Sequence record: LC739533.1
Origin: Escherichia phage phiWec179
Length of the DNA stretch: 64,000 nt
Strand: one strand, 5' to 3'
Made by a program: the position numbers and the translations under genes. Below are positions 47,871 through 56,504 of this stretch, one piece after another (position 1 is the first letter of the stretch; each line of letters starts with the position of its first letter). Below the pieces are notes generated by a model, which worked only from the letters and a program-made list of their open reading frames with translations, searched no databases and was not told the DNA's origin.

Positions 47871-47902
47871 AATGAGAATAATTATCATTATCATTCGTAT
47901 TC
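47871..47902. repeat. Fur-box-like ATTATC hexamer repeat; left copy of about 31-bp imperfect direct repeat
   Basis: aatgagaataattatcattatcattcgtattc; 28/32 identical to 62407-62438; core matches 19-bp Fur-box consensus as recalled at about 16/19. Confidence 0.5.
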
Positions 47903-48289
47903 AATAACTTAGGCGATCTTTTCCCCTGCTATAAGGTCGGGCCTAACTTAACCATCACTTTTCAAACAATCCTTTATCAATCAACTACTTAACAACCTAA
48001 ACATATGATTACTACGGTGTAAAGGTGCCGCCCATAACAGACTACCTATAAAATAGATGAGAATGATTATTATTCAGACAATTCTTACAACAAATCGACC
48101 AACAAATCAAGAATTTTCTTATTTTTATTCACGTTTAAGAGAACGTGCTCAACATTCCGCTACGCGTAACGGTTCGCCCCCAAAAGATTAGCCTTTGCTT
48201 TCCTGTATATTTATACACTATGTGCAAGGTGTCGCTACACGCTCGCCTTGCCCCGCATAATCCTTCACTGTGCTAATGATTTCATAGTG

Positions 48290-48445
48290 CAACAATAACA
48301 CTTATTATTATATTACGCTTAATTATTCTTACATACAATGCTAATAATAAGCCAGCGTAATTAGTGTAAGCGTAATACGCTTGCAATAATTGCAAGCTAC
48401 ATAATCACAAGAAATAACCATCACCGATGGTTATGATTGTGGGGG
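48290..48445. repeat. cluster of perfect palindromes in ORF-free region
   Basis: aagcgtaatacgctt and cttgcaataattgcaag adjacent; ataaccatcaccgatggttat; later atgataatggttatcat at about 48791. Confidence 0.5.
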
Positions 48446-48539
48446 TGTAGTTGGCTTATTATTAGCTCGCTACGTGTCCGGCGTAGCGTGCTAATGATGA
48501 CTCTATGAATGATTCATTTTGCAATTATTACAGTCTTCA

Positions 48540-48770
48540 CTATTTCGGCAATAGTTATTATTTTAATGGTTTCATTTGTTATCGTTAGTTAGTTGGTTGT
48601 TTTGTCGTGTTATCGTTATCTTGCTTAGTATTCATCATGGTTTGATTGTTTGTCGTTATCAATCATCTTTCTATTATTCCTTTGATTATGATTAGTTTGC
48701 TTATTGTTTTAAGTCGTTAGTTGGTTAGTTGTTGCGAACTGTTATCAACATTATAGTTATGCACTTATAT
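48540..48770. repeat. AT-rich iteron region (GTTATCGTT / TTAGTTGGTT repeats), candidate origin
   Basis: Repeated gttatcgtt, ttagttggtt, TTATCAACA (DnaA-box-like, one mismatch to TTATCCACA); no ORF of 60 aa or more in any frame across 47.6-49.05 kb. Confidence 0.4.
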
Positions 48771-49011
48771 TGCATAGATACGCAAGGGTAGATGATAATG
48801 GTTATCATTGCACTGGAAAGGAAGAAAACAGCCTTTTTCGGTTGTTTGTTGTTGGTTGTTGATCGATTTTAACCGCTCTAAATAGCTCTCTAATAGCCTG
48901 TTGCCCTGGGGTGTATGGTTATTCGTTTAATGGTTGATTAGCTCGATACCGCGATCTATTCAGTTTTGTTCTGTGTCGGTTTTTCATAGGCGGAATCTAT
49001 CAACATTGTTC

Positions 49012-49042
49012 GGGCAAAAAGAAAGGGCGCTTTGTGCGCCCT
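49012..49042 (-). terminator. rho-independent terminator closing the leftward small-gene array
   Basis: AGGGCGC-tttgt-GCGCCCT hairpin with T-tract on minus strand, just downstream of ORF 49057..49476. Confidence 0.5.
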
Positions 49043-49056
49043 TGTTTTGTTGTCAA

Positions 49057-49476
49057 TTATAACGCTTCATAGATTGAGTAGATCCGGTTTGCCAGGTCAT
49101 TACGAAAGCGGAATTTTTCATCACGTTTAATCATCAGATCCTTAAAACCGCATTCTTTCAAGGCTTCATTAACTTTACTGCGGCATACTTTCATATTGTC
49201 CTGCGCGTCACCAATAAACTTATTGCTATGATGCATTGTTTTGATCTCTTCCTCCAGGACCAGGGCAACTACACGGATCGGATCAAGCTGATACGCGGTA
49301 ACATCCATGCGGCATTGTAAACGGCTTTTAACATCGTTTACCGGATACACTGCAACCTCTTCCCCGTCAACGTTCACAATAACCAGCTTACCATCAATTT
49401 CGAAGCCTTTCGCGGCGCTACCGTGGCAAAAAGCGTTATCGAAGGAGTAAGCCGGATTATTTGATTTAATGTTCAT
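49057..49476 (-). CDS. hypothetical protein
   Basis: 139-aa ORF; E. coli-like GC-richer codon usage. Confidence 0.6.
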   Translation of the reverse strand: MNIKSNNPAYSFDNAFCHGSAAKGFEIDGKLVIVNVDGEEVAVYPVNDVKSRLQCRMDVTAYQLDPIRVVALVLEEEIKTMHHSNKFIGDAQDNMKVCRSKVNEALKECGFKDLMIKRDEKFRFRNDLANRIYSIYEAL

Positions 49477-49521
49477 GTTGTTGTCCTTTGTTTCGTTTCG
49501 TTGTTTGCTGCCAGTGAGTTA

Positions 49522-49550
49522 AATATAATATAACGCCGATCCCCTGTCAA
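49522..49550 (-). promoter_or_regulatory. sigma70-type promoter (minus strand) TTGACA-17-TATATT
   Basis: Minus-strand TTGACA at 49550-49545 with AT-rich -10. Confidence 0.45.
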
Positions 49551-49616
49551 TAGGCGATAGCGCATTATTTACATTTCTTTACGTTAAAGGGCGCTTAGTG
49601 CGCCCCTTGTACAATC

Positions 49617-49985
49617 TTACTTTGTGCTGTTGTAAACGTTATCGCGTTCAACCATCAGGGCAAGGCGGATCAGTTGATCAGTTGTATCGCGTAAGCTGTC
49701 AGGCCATGTTTTATTGTTCCAGCTATCTAAATTTGATTGAATATAGGTTTCAATGGCTTGATCCATATTGTCGAACAAGTTTTCCTCCAAGCTCTCGGCT
49801 GTTTCACACTGGAAAGCATCAGCGACACTATTAATCAATAAGCAAGCCAGTAAATCAGCGTTGCGCCAATTTTTACGGATAGTTTCATCTGTCAGATAAC
49901 CAACGAGATTAACCTTTGCGCCAGTGGTGGACGTTGCGATCACTTCTTGCGCTTTTTCAACTGCTTTAATTGCTGATTTGCTCAT
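49617..49985 (-). CDS. hypothetical protein
   Basis: 122-aa ORF. Confidence 0.55.
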   Translation of the reverse strand: MSKSAIKAVEKAQEVIATSTTGAKVNLVGYLTDETIRKNWRNADLLACLLINSVADAFQCETAESLEENLFDNMDQAIETYIQSNLDSWNNKTWPDSLRDTTDQLIRLALMVERDNVYNSTK

Positions 49986-50063
49986 CTTCTTTTCCTCTTT
50001 GTGGGCTTGCTGTATTGCTTGCCCTACGCAATAACTATAAGTTAACAGGGTGTATAAAGCAAG

Positions 50064-50297
50064 CTATTTTTTATAAAATTTTTCTGCTGTGATATTCTTC
50101 CCTGTAGGCTTAACCGCTTGCAAGATCTTATCATGTGCCGAACGTCCAAAGGAATAAGATCCGTAAACGGTAAACCAATAATCCCCGTTCGGTTGAACGG
50201 TTACGGCGGCGTATGGTGTGCCTTTTTCATTATCACCAATAAAGTGTGAAACATTGCCGTTAACGTTCGGTTTAGTGCTTTTAATTTGTTCGATCAT
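50064..50297 (-). CDS. hypothetical protein
   Basis: 77-aa ORF preceded by cassette. Confidence 0.55.
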   Translation of the reverse strand: MIEQIKSTKPNVNGNVSHFIGDNEKGTPYAAVTVQPNGDYWFTVYGSYSFGRSAHDKILQAVKPTGKNITAEKFYKK

Positions 50298-50315
50298 GAT
50301 GTGACTCCTAAATCA

Positions 50316-50374
50316 GGCGGGAAACATTCCCGCCCTACGTGATAAATAATAATATAAGGGTGATCCGGTGTCAA
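50316..50374 (-). promoter_or_regulatory. promoter-leader cassette (TTGACA-17-TATTAT then GGCGGGAA-acat-TTCCCGCC leader hairpin)
   Basis: Read on minus strand; hairpin lies between -10 and RBS. Confidence 0.5.
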
Positions 50375-50548
50375 TAGGTAGAATTGTAAAGATTTGATAG
50401 TTTATCTCTTTGATGTTTTGTTGTTTGATAGGTGTTAGCTATCAATATATAGCGGGGTCGTCCGGTGATTACCTCCCCCGTTGCCAGTGCCGCCCGTTCA
50501 GTAAGCATAACAAAAAACAGGACAAAAACAAGCCCTGTTTTGTAAAGA

Positions 50549-50752
50549 TTAGATGATCTGCATATCCTCCACGATAATTTCTAATTTCCAAACAAGATGA
50601 TCTAAGCTCCCTGATAAAAATGATTCCGATACATAACCGCCATCGGACACCGTAGCAAGGATCTCGCCATTTGCTTGCTCTTTGATTTGAACATCCAGGC
50701 GGTTAGCCTTTGCTTTGTTCAGGACGGCGATCAAGCGGTTAGCTGTAGTCAT
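50549..50752 (-). CDS. hypothetical protein
   Basis: 67-aa ORF. Confidence 0.5.
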   Translation of the reverse strand: MTTANRLIAVLNKAKANRLDVQIKEQANGEILATVSDGGYVSESFLSGSLDHLVWKLEIIVEDMQII

Positions 50753-50774
50753 GGTGTTTTCCTTCCAGTCGTGA

Positions 50775-50830
50775 GCGGCACCATTGCCGCCCTACGTGAT
50801 ACATCTTACACTATCAGATACATTGTGCAA
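50775..50830 (-). promoter_or_regulatory. promoter-leader cassette (TTGCAC-16-TAAGAT then GCGGC-accatt-GCCGC hairpin)
   Basis: Conserved gtgagcggcaccattgccgccctacgtgatacatcttac block. Confidence 0.5.
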
Positions 50831-50836
50831 GCTATT

Positions 50837-51028
50837 TTAGATCTCGTCACCTATATAATCAGATCTGTTTTTCTCTGTCATACGCTTAAGCAATTCTTGC
50901 ATATGGCTTATAGCTTGCAATGTGTCTTCTTCCAGGCTTGAATCGAGATAATCAGGATCATTCTTTACCTTGCTATGGTTGTGATACCGCAACGCTGCTA
51001 ATACCTTTCTAACTTGTTCTGCATTCAT
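50837..51028 (-). CDS. hypothetical protein
   Basis: 63-aa ORF. Confidence 0.5.
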   Translation of the reverse strand: MNAEQVRKVLAALRYHNHSKVKNDPDYLDSSLEEDTLQAISHMQELLKRMTEKNRSDYIGDEI

Positions 51029-51171
51029 TTTTATTACTCCTTAAAACCAGGTGCCAACCGTTTCCAATAAGTCACTGACTACCAGAACAACATTGATTAG
51101 CACATATTTAATCAGGAAGGGGATTAGCGCCAGCGTCGCTACTATGATCCCCATTATGATGATTATTTTTC

Positions 51172-51462
51172 TCATGGTTGGCGGTTTACGTGGGCTTTAC
51201 CGTTTACGGTCATCGGTATGGCCTCAAGGTCTGGATCTTCCTTAAGGTCGCGTGCAAGCTCACCGCACCGGATACCCTCGAATCCGTGGTATTCTGTTTC
51301 CCCGTCCTTAAAAGTTTTAGCGGCAAGGCATAGGCGATAATTAACACCGATCCGGTTTACTGCGTTGATATCGGTTAACGTGATCGATTCCGGCAAATCG
51401 TTAGCCATTACAGGCGCGTTAATACCAACAACCAGGGCAACTACTGCGATCATCTTTTTCAT
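51172..51462 (-). CDS. small secreted protein (signal peptide)
   Basis: MKKMIAVVALVVGINAPVMA N-terminus. Confidence 0.55.
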   Translation of the reverse strand: MKKMIAVVALVVGINAPVMANDLPESITLTDINAVNRIGVNYRLCLAAKTFKDGETEYHGFEGIRCGELARDLKEDPDLEAIPMTVNGKAHVNRQP

Positions 51463-51517
51463 GTGTCTATCCTCTTCCTATTGCGTTTAATGGGGGCGTT
51501 GCCGCCCCGCTTATGGT

Positions 51518-51754
51518 TTATTGCTTGATGTTATGATGAAAGTTATTTTCTTCAACGGCTTTTAAAATAAAAGCCGTGATCGCTTTCGTGTCTACTTGTT
51601 CGAACGTATCAGAATAGCACCAATAATAATCATCCCCTACTTTCGGCGGGTAAACCTGGACAAGGAGATCCCCACCATGTTGATCTATAAGCTCAACATG
51701 TAAGCCGGATGATTCAGCGGTTTTAACGGCGTTTAATACTGTTGCAATACTCAT
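51518..51754 (-). CDS. hypothetical protein
   Basis: 78-aa ORF. Confidence 0.5.
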   Translation of the reverse strand: MSIATVLNAVKTAESSGLHVELIDQHGGDLLVQVYPPKVGDDYYWCYSDTFEQVDTKAITAFILKAVEENNFHHNIKQ

Positions 51755-51798
51755 AATCTTTTCCTTTCTGATGTGGGGCGTTGCCGCCCCTTTGTTGA

Positions 51799-52098
51799 TT
51801 AGATCGCTGTTTCCAGTAGTTCGGCTAACGTCTTACCGCCTGATAGTTGGTCTAATGTTTGCTCTTCTGGCAAGAAATTAGCTGATATTAAACCGACTTG
51901 ATTCCCTTTGTGCCAGTTAGCCTGGCGGGTGATTCCATCCTTTAAGGATTTTACCGCCATTGTGCAACCGTCGCCAAATGATTCATTTTTATGGTCCATC
52001 ACTTCATAAGCGCCCAGCTTGCTGCTGTTAGGCACCATTAACGCGAATACATCACCAACAACCAGTTTTTCTACGGTAACAATAGCGATAGTTTCCAT
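51799..52098 (-). CDS. hypothetical protein
   Basis: 99-aa ORF preceded by cassette. Confidence 0.55.
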   Translation of the reverse strand: METIAIVTVEKLVVGDVFALMVPNSSKLGAYEVMDHKNESFGDGCTMAVKSLKDGITRQANWHKGNQVGLISANFLPEEQTLDQLSGGKTLAELLETAI

Positions 52099-52116
52099 TT
52101 TGTTTTCCTCATTATC

Positions 52117-52173
52117 GGCGGCACCATTGCCGCCCTACGTGGTAAATATTATCACACTGGCGATCTGTGTCAA
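52117..52173 (-). promoter_or_regulatory. promoter-leader cassette (TTGACA-16-TAATAT then GGCGGC-accatt-GCCGCC hairpin)
   Basis: Perfect -35 and perfect 6-bp stem. Confidence 0.55.
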
Positions 52174-52179
52174 TACTTT

Positions 52180-52566
52180 TTATTCAATATAAATCAAATT
52201 ATCTTCACCAATGTAAGCCGACACGTCCGGCATGAATTTAGCGGCATTTGTTAGGCGGTTGGCTGTGTTAGTTGTGTATATTTCAGGGCGATCCCAAAAT
52301 CCTACGCCGTGACCGTTACGGGTAAAATGTAAATCATTGCCGATCTGGTTGGCTGTAGCGCCGTCGCTCATTGCCTCAGAGATAGCGGCAAGATTAGCAT
52401 TAATAAAGGCTGTTACATCTTGGGCGATTCGTTCATCCGCACCAGGAGAAAAATCATAATCGCCTAAGTTATCAATAAAATCACCTTCGTGATCCCTGGC
52501 TGATTCAGCAAAAATAAAAGCCTCTTTATAACCGTTGATGATTTCAATAATGATTTCTGTTTTCAT
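52180..52566 (-). CDS. hypothetical protein
   Basis: 128-aa ORF. Confidence 0.6.
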   Translation of the reverse strand: MKTEIIIEIINGYKEAFIFAESARDHEGDFIDNLGDYDFSPGADERIAQDVTAFINANLAAISEAMSDGATANQIGNDLHFTRNGHGVGFWDRPEIYTTNTANRLTNAAKFMPDVSAYIGEDNLIYIE

Positions 52567-52787
52567 GCTGTACGCTCGACAATAATAATAGTTTGCGGGA
52601 TCTCGTTTTCTACTACTAACAAGGCTTTTTTCTGTGTGATAGATATTTTAACACGTTGTAAAGTAGCGGTAAAGTCTTTCATTTCGTTATGCGCCGACTT
52701 GCTGCAATGCCAGATCTCAGGCTTACCGACTTGTAAGCCGCGTAAAAATTCTGTTTTGCCTGTTTTGTTCGTGATCATCTGTTTCAC
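52563..52787 (-). CDS. hypothetical protein
   Basis: 74-aa ORF. Confidence 0.5.
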   Translation of the reverse strand: MKQMITNKTGKTEFLRGLQVGKPEIWHCSKSAHNEMKDFTATLQRVKISITQKKALLVVENEIPQTIIIVERTA

Positions 52788-52788
52788 C

Positions 52789-52893
52789 TTAACCGATACC
52801 GTGGGAAGATAGGATCATATTAGCCATAGTTGCAACCACTCCAACCGATAACGCCAGGCCAACCACTGCAACCGTGAAAATTTTCTCTAACAT
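52789..52893 (-). CDS. small hydrophobic peptide (34 aa)
   Basis: Not in track; RBS gaggg; single hydrophobic helix. Confidence 0.3.
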   Translation of the reverse strand: MLEKIFTVAVVGLALSVGVVATMANMILSSHGIG

Positions 52894-52956
52894 GATGCTA
52901 CCCTCATTAATGGGCGTTGCCTTATTGCCCCGCCCTACAAGATGAATACTACGCGC

Positions 52957-53139
52957 TTATTTTGCTGTTGTCAACAACGGGCGAAAAAACTTTTTGATCT
53001 GGCTTGCTGTTAGGCGCATATCTGCTTTGAGCGTTGCCAGGCGATAAGCTTTACCCTTAACCAGTTTATGGTGTCCGGTGCCGTTGCCGATGATAACATC
53101 AATTTCACACAATACGCGGGAAGCATCAATCTTTTTCAT
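52957..53139 (-). CDS. hypothetical protein
   Basis: 60-aa ORF. Confidence 0.45.
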   Translation of the reverse strand: MKKIDASRVLCEIDVIIGNGTGHHKLVKGKAYRLATLKADMRLTASQIKKFFRPLLTTAK

Positions 53140-53221
53140 GTTGTTACCTTTCGTGTTATGGGGCGCTTGTCGCCCCCTGTCTGATAAAGATAATCCCTTT
53201 CGGGATATCTGTCAACTATTT

Positions 53222-53407
53222 TTATTGTACGGTGTGGCGATCGCTGTATTCAGCGTAAAACTCACATCCATCGTCACGGCTATCAAGTTTAACGATGTAC
53301 CCGCTATTCCAACGTTCAACTGATACTACCGGATAATACTTCCCGTTAAGGATATTTTTCACCAGGTCGCCTTTTACCAGTTCTTTCGTTTTCTTATAAG
53401 TAGTCAT
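53222..53407 (-). CDS. hypothetical protein
   Basis: Start at ATG 53407 just after the leader cassette. Confidence 0.5.
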   Translation of the reverse strand: MTTYKKTKELVKGDLVKNILNGKYYPVVSVERWNSGYIVKLDSRDDGCEFYAEYSDRHTVQ

Positions 53408-53606
53408 GATGTTTTCTCTTCTGTTTTGCGGTGGACCGTTCCGCCGCCCTATGTGGTAAACTATACGCGCCAACGTTCCAGGCGTCAAGCATATTTTTAA
53501 AATTATTTTCTACAACGTAAAACGCCCCAGCATAAGCCAGGGCGCACTAATTAAATCAGGTAGGGGGATTGCATTGCCTTACACCTTTTAGGCTGTTAGC
53601 TGGCGA

Positions 53607-53834
53607 TTAATAGCGTAGGATGTTTACACGCTCATCCCGCCCCAAGATATCCTCATATCTGTTTCCCCTTCCTTCGTACCAGATGATCACGGTATGAGGA
53701 TCAAACGGATTGTTTTCGATAGCCGTTACCTTGCAGAAGTCATAAGACGGGAACGGATAAACGCCAACCTGTAAACGCGCCCGATCTCCTGGGCGAATGG
53801 TAGCGGCACGATCTGCAATGATATTGTTATACAT
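53607..53834 (-). CDS. hypothetical protein
   Basis: 75-aa ORF. Confidence 0.5.
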   Translation of the reverse strand: MYNNIIADRAATIRPGDRARLQVGVYPFPSYDFCKVTAIENNPFDPHTVIIWYEGRGNRYEDILGRDERVNILRY

Positions 53835-53958
53835 GGTGCACCCCCTTAATATTTTTCTTTTTCTTTGCTTCCGTTCGTCTAAGGTTACGGCTTGACTTGT
53901 TACGCAAGGCGCTCAAATCATCATAACCTTTAAAAGGTTGCATATTGTTCGGATTCAT
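53827..53958 (-). CDS. small basic protein
   Basis: Start at ATG 53958 (RBS aagggg). Confidence 0.4.
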   Translation of the reverse strand: MNPNNMQPFKGYDDLSALRNKSSRNLRRTEAKKKKNIKGVHHV

Positions 53959-53968
53959 GCTACGCCCC

Positions 53969-54247
53969 TTAACGGTTATAGATATTGTGGATAGTGATAA
54001 AGGCGCTACGGTCATAAGCTGCCAAATCGGGATTGATCCAAGTGTTATCTAATAGTGTTTCAAGGATAATAGACTCATCATGAATAGCATCATAGAAATC
54101 AGGGTTAATAATGGTGTCAATGTCGCTTTCTGTTAACTCTACATTCAGCTTGCAAACCGCTTGCAAATCGGCTTCACGCTTCCAATCTTGCAGATTAGTA
54201 GTCAGAATGTTGGTGATCTCTTCGGTAGATAATTTGGTGATGGTCAT
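53969..54247 (-). CDS. hypothetical protein
   Basis: 92-aa ORF preceded by cassette. Confidence 0.55.
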   Translation of the reverse strand: MTITKLSTEEITNILTTNLQDWKREADLQAVCKLNVELTESDIDTIINPDFYDAIHDESIILETLLDNTWINPDLAAYDRSAFITIHNIYNR

Positions 54248-54265
54248 GATATTTTCTCTCTGTTA

Positions 54266-54323
54266 GGCGGGGCGCTTGTCGCCCCTATGTGATACATCTT
54301 ATCAGGTTGATTCAGCTTGTCAA
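54266..54323 (-). promoter_or_regulatory. promoter-leader cassette (TTGACA/TAAGAT then GGGGCG-cttgt-CGCCCC hairpin variant)
   Basis: ctctctgttaggcggggcgcttgtcgcccctatgtgatacatctta block. Confidence 0.5.
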
Positions 54324-54329
54324 TACTTT

Positions 54330-54536
54330 TTAACGTGTCGCGTAAATAATATTACTTGCCGGACTACTGCAAACCAGGTTAAGCGGCTTGCTGTTATATT
54401 GCATCTTGTCGGCTTGTTTGCTTGCTGCGATGATTCCATCTATTACACGTTGCAAACTAACCTTTACCGCCTTTTTTGCCAACCGTTGACGCTTTACCAG
54501 TGCCTGGATCTTTTTCTTGTCTGCGTTGCTTAACAT
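54330..54536 (-). CDS. hypothetical protein
   Basis: 68-aa ORF. Confidence 0.5.
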   Translation of the reverse strand: MLSNADKKKIQALVKRQRLAKKAVKVSLQRVIDGIIAASKQADKMQYNSKPLNLVCSSPASNIIYATR

Positions 54537-54545
54537 GGTGCGCCC

Positions 54546-54725
54546 TTACTTGTTAGCCGGATTGTATGCCAGGATCGCGCCGCTTGCTTTCACGCTTTCA
54601 TCTTCATAGTTGCGCAGATCGTTTTCTGTAAGATTGAGCGCGATCACTTCCTCGATCTCAATGCCAGTGGCAAGGGCGATCTCTTTAATGATGTTTGATG
54701 ATCTGATAACGTTTACTGTTTTCAT
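54546..54725 (-). CDS. hypothetical protein
   Basis: Start at ATG 54725. Confidence 0.45.
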   Translation of the reverse strand: MKTVNVIRSSNIIKEIALATGIEIEEVIALNLTENDLRNYEDESVKASGAILAYNPANK

Positions 54726-54735
54726 GGTGTGCACC

Positions 54736-54855
54736 TTATAAGATGATTGATAAGATAGTGATAACGAAAGCGATAACACCAACGGCGATCGTAGTCTTAC
54801 GCCCTTCGGATACTGCCGGATTCTCTACCGTGTATTCTACTGTGTATTTGTTCAT
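54736..54855 (-). CDS. small membrane peptide (39 aa)
   Basis: Not in track; RBS gagagga; hydrophobic C-terminus. Confidence 0.3.
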   Translation of the reverse strand: MNKYTVEYTVENPAVSEGRKTTIAVGVIAFVITILSIIL

Positions 54856-54954
54856 TGTGTTATCCTCTCGCTTGCTTTGAGAACTATTCCCGCCGCCCTA
54901 TGAATTAAATATACACTATCCCAAAATGATTGCAAGCCTTTTTCTAAATTATTT

Positions 54955-55239
54955 TTATGCAGTAAACAGACCATCATTTACAACGGCGGCGATGATCTCC
55001 CGTGCCATTGATTCAGGGAACGGGGCGCTATAGTCCTGGCTTGTCTCGTCGCTGTCTGTTACCCAATGATAAGCCAACGAGTAAAAGCCTTTACTCCCTG
55101 TTTTCAGTGAAACGATGATCACTCGGTTAAGTCCATCGGTAAACGTTGCCGTTAATGTGTTATCATCTTGCGTCATGTTGGACAAGTAAGCGGCATCATT
55201 AACCAGGGAAAACAGTAGCACCGTGTTAGCTTTAACCAT
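54955..55239 (-). CDS. hypothetical protein
   Basis: Start at ATG 55239 (RBS gagga); the track start 55269 falls inside the leader hairpin loop. Confidence 0.55.
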   Translation of the reverse strand: MVKANTVLLFSLVNDAAYLSNMTQDDNTLTATFTDGLNRVIIVSLKTGSKGFYSLAYHWVTDSDETSQDYSAPFPESMAREIIAAVVNDGLFTA

Positions 55240-55295
55240 GATTTGATCCTCAAACGGGCGCGGCACCATTGCCGCCCTACGTAATACACTTTACC

Positions 55296-55496
55296 TTATT
55301 TCTTCCAAAAAGCAAGTTTATTTGCAATTGGTGACAAATAACGTTTACCCGCGTAAAACAGTACAGCGACACTAACCACGGCGGCGATCTCATGCATAGC
55401 CGACGGGAAACGAGTATCATAATAAGATCCAATAATAGCAATAGCGGCAACGGCTGCAACGTCGATAATGATTTTTTCTTGTTTTGCGGTGATCAT
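55296..55496 (-). CDS. small membrane protein
   Basis: 66 aa, hydrophobic helices. Confidence 0.5.
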   Translation of the reverse strand: MITAKQEKIIIDVAAVAAIAIIGSYYDTRFPSAMHEIAAVVSVAVLFYAGKRYLSPIANKLAFWKK

Positions 55497-55584
55497 AATA
55501 TTTACCTTTTTGTATGGTGGGGGGAACTATTCCCCGCCCTGATGTAATACAGTTTAACAGATCCGGTTATAGTGTCAACCACTT

Positions 55585-55770
55585 TTAAAGATATTTTATA
55601 CTGATAACATTTTCCGGTTTAACCTGGTTGTGATAAGCATCAATGTAAATCAAACCATCGTTAGAAACGCCCAGGATCACGCCTTGCGCAATAAAACCGT
55701 ATCGGTCGCGGTAACGTGCCGCCACTTTGTTCGCTGCGTTGTAGGCTGTTTTAATCTCGTTTAAGGTCAT
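55585..55770 (-). CDS. hypothetical protein
   Basis: 61-aa ORF, RBS gagagga. Confidence 0.5.
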   Translation of the reverse strand: MTLNEIKTAYNAANKVAARYRDRYGFIAQGVILGVSNDGLIYIDAYHNQVKPENVISIKYL

Positions 55771-55828
55771 GTGCTGTTATCCTCTCGTTAGATATAAGAA
55801 AGGGCGCTATTTGCGCCCTTGATTTGTT

Positions 55829-55975
55829 TTAGTCTTCCAGGTCCATCCATGCACGTTTCTCGGTGCGGTCGCGCTTAGTTTTGTTGCGCTTGTCGCCCTT
55901 GCGGATCACTTCTTCATTCCACGCTGCGCGTGTTTTAGAAGATTGGATTTTTTCGGCGCGATTAGATGTATTCAT
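55829..55975 (-). CDS. small basic protein (48 aa)
   Basis: Not in track; follows leader cassette at about 55990-56070. Confidence 0.35.
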   Translation of the reverse strand: MNTSNRAEKIQSSKTRAAWNEEVIRKGDKRNKTKRDRTEKRAWMDLED

Positions 55976-56073
55976 GATGTTTCCTCTTTTTAGTTGTGAG
56001 CGGCACCATTGCCGCCCTACGTGTTTTAATTTACTTTATTGTTTGATGCCTGTCAACTACTTTTAAAAACTTT

Positions 56074-56427
56074 TTATTCGTGGGAAAGTGTAAGGATCAC
56101 ACCTGCAATATATAACCAATAGTTTTCCCTTTCTTTCTGGATCTTGTTTTCGCTACTACGCTCGTTAATGTACCCCCAGGATGTTAACAACCGATCTACT
56201 TCCCAATACTCGAAAGCTATATTAATATTTGACGGTAAACCTTGTAACCATGATGCTATTGCTCTGATAATGTTATGATCGTAACGTTTTTGATTATCGG
56301 TGTACCAATATTCAGATTTAAAACAGCGCATCAATTCCGCGATCTTCTCTTTCTCTTCTGTGATGCCATACTCGCTATAATCAATTGAGGCCAGAATATA
56401 AAGTTTAATTGCATTTTGTGCTTTCAT
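56074..56427 (-). CDS. hypothetical protein
   Basis: 117-aa ORF preceded by cassette. Confidence 0.6.
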   Translation of the reverse strand: MKAQNAIKLYILASIDYSEYGITEEKEKIAELMRCFKSEYWYTDNQKRYDHNIIRAIASWLQGLPSNINIAFEYWEVDRLLTSWGYINERSSENKIQKERENYWLYIAGVILTLSHE

Positions 56428-56448
56428 GGTGTCTCTCTTCTGTTGTGA

Positions 56449-56504
56449 GCGGCACCATTGCCGCCCTATGTGTTACATCTTACCGGATTTTTAAAACTTG
56501 TCAA
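56449..56504 (-). promoter_or_regulatory. promoter-leader cassette (TTGACA-16-TAAGAT then GCGGC-accatt-GCCGC hairpin, CACAACAGAAGAGAGA, ATG)
   Basis: Worked example: minus strand reads TTGACAagttttaaaaatccggTAAGATgtaacacatagGGCGGCaatggtGCCGCtcacaacagaagagagacaccATG. Confidence 0.55.

Noticed and set aside
47600-49056. tRNA genes in the long ORF-free region (and in 62.1-62.9 kb)
   Set aside because: No GTTCRANYC T-loop with a matching cloverleaf found by eye; a tRNAscan-SE run would be needed to exclude it formally.
54955-55269. Start codon of ORF 54955..55269 at 55269
   Set aside because: That ATG is formed by the loop of the conserved leader hairpin (AATGGT); the downstream ATG at 55239 with RBS GAGGA is preferred.
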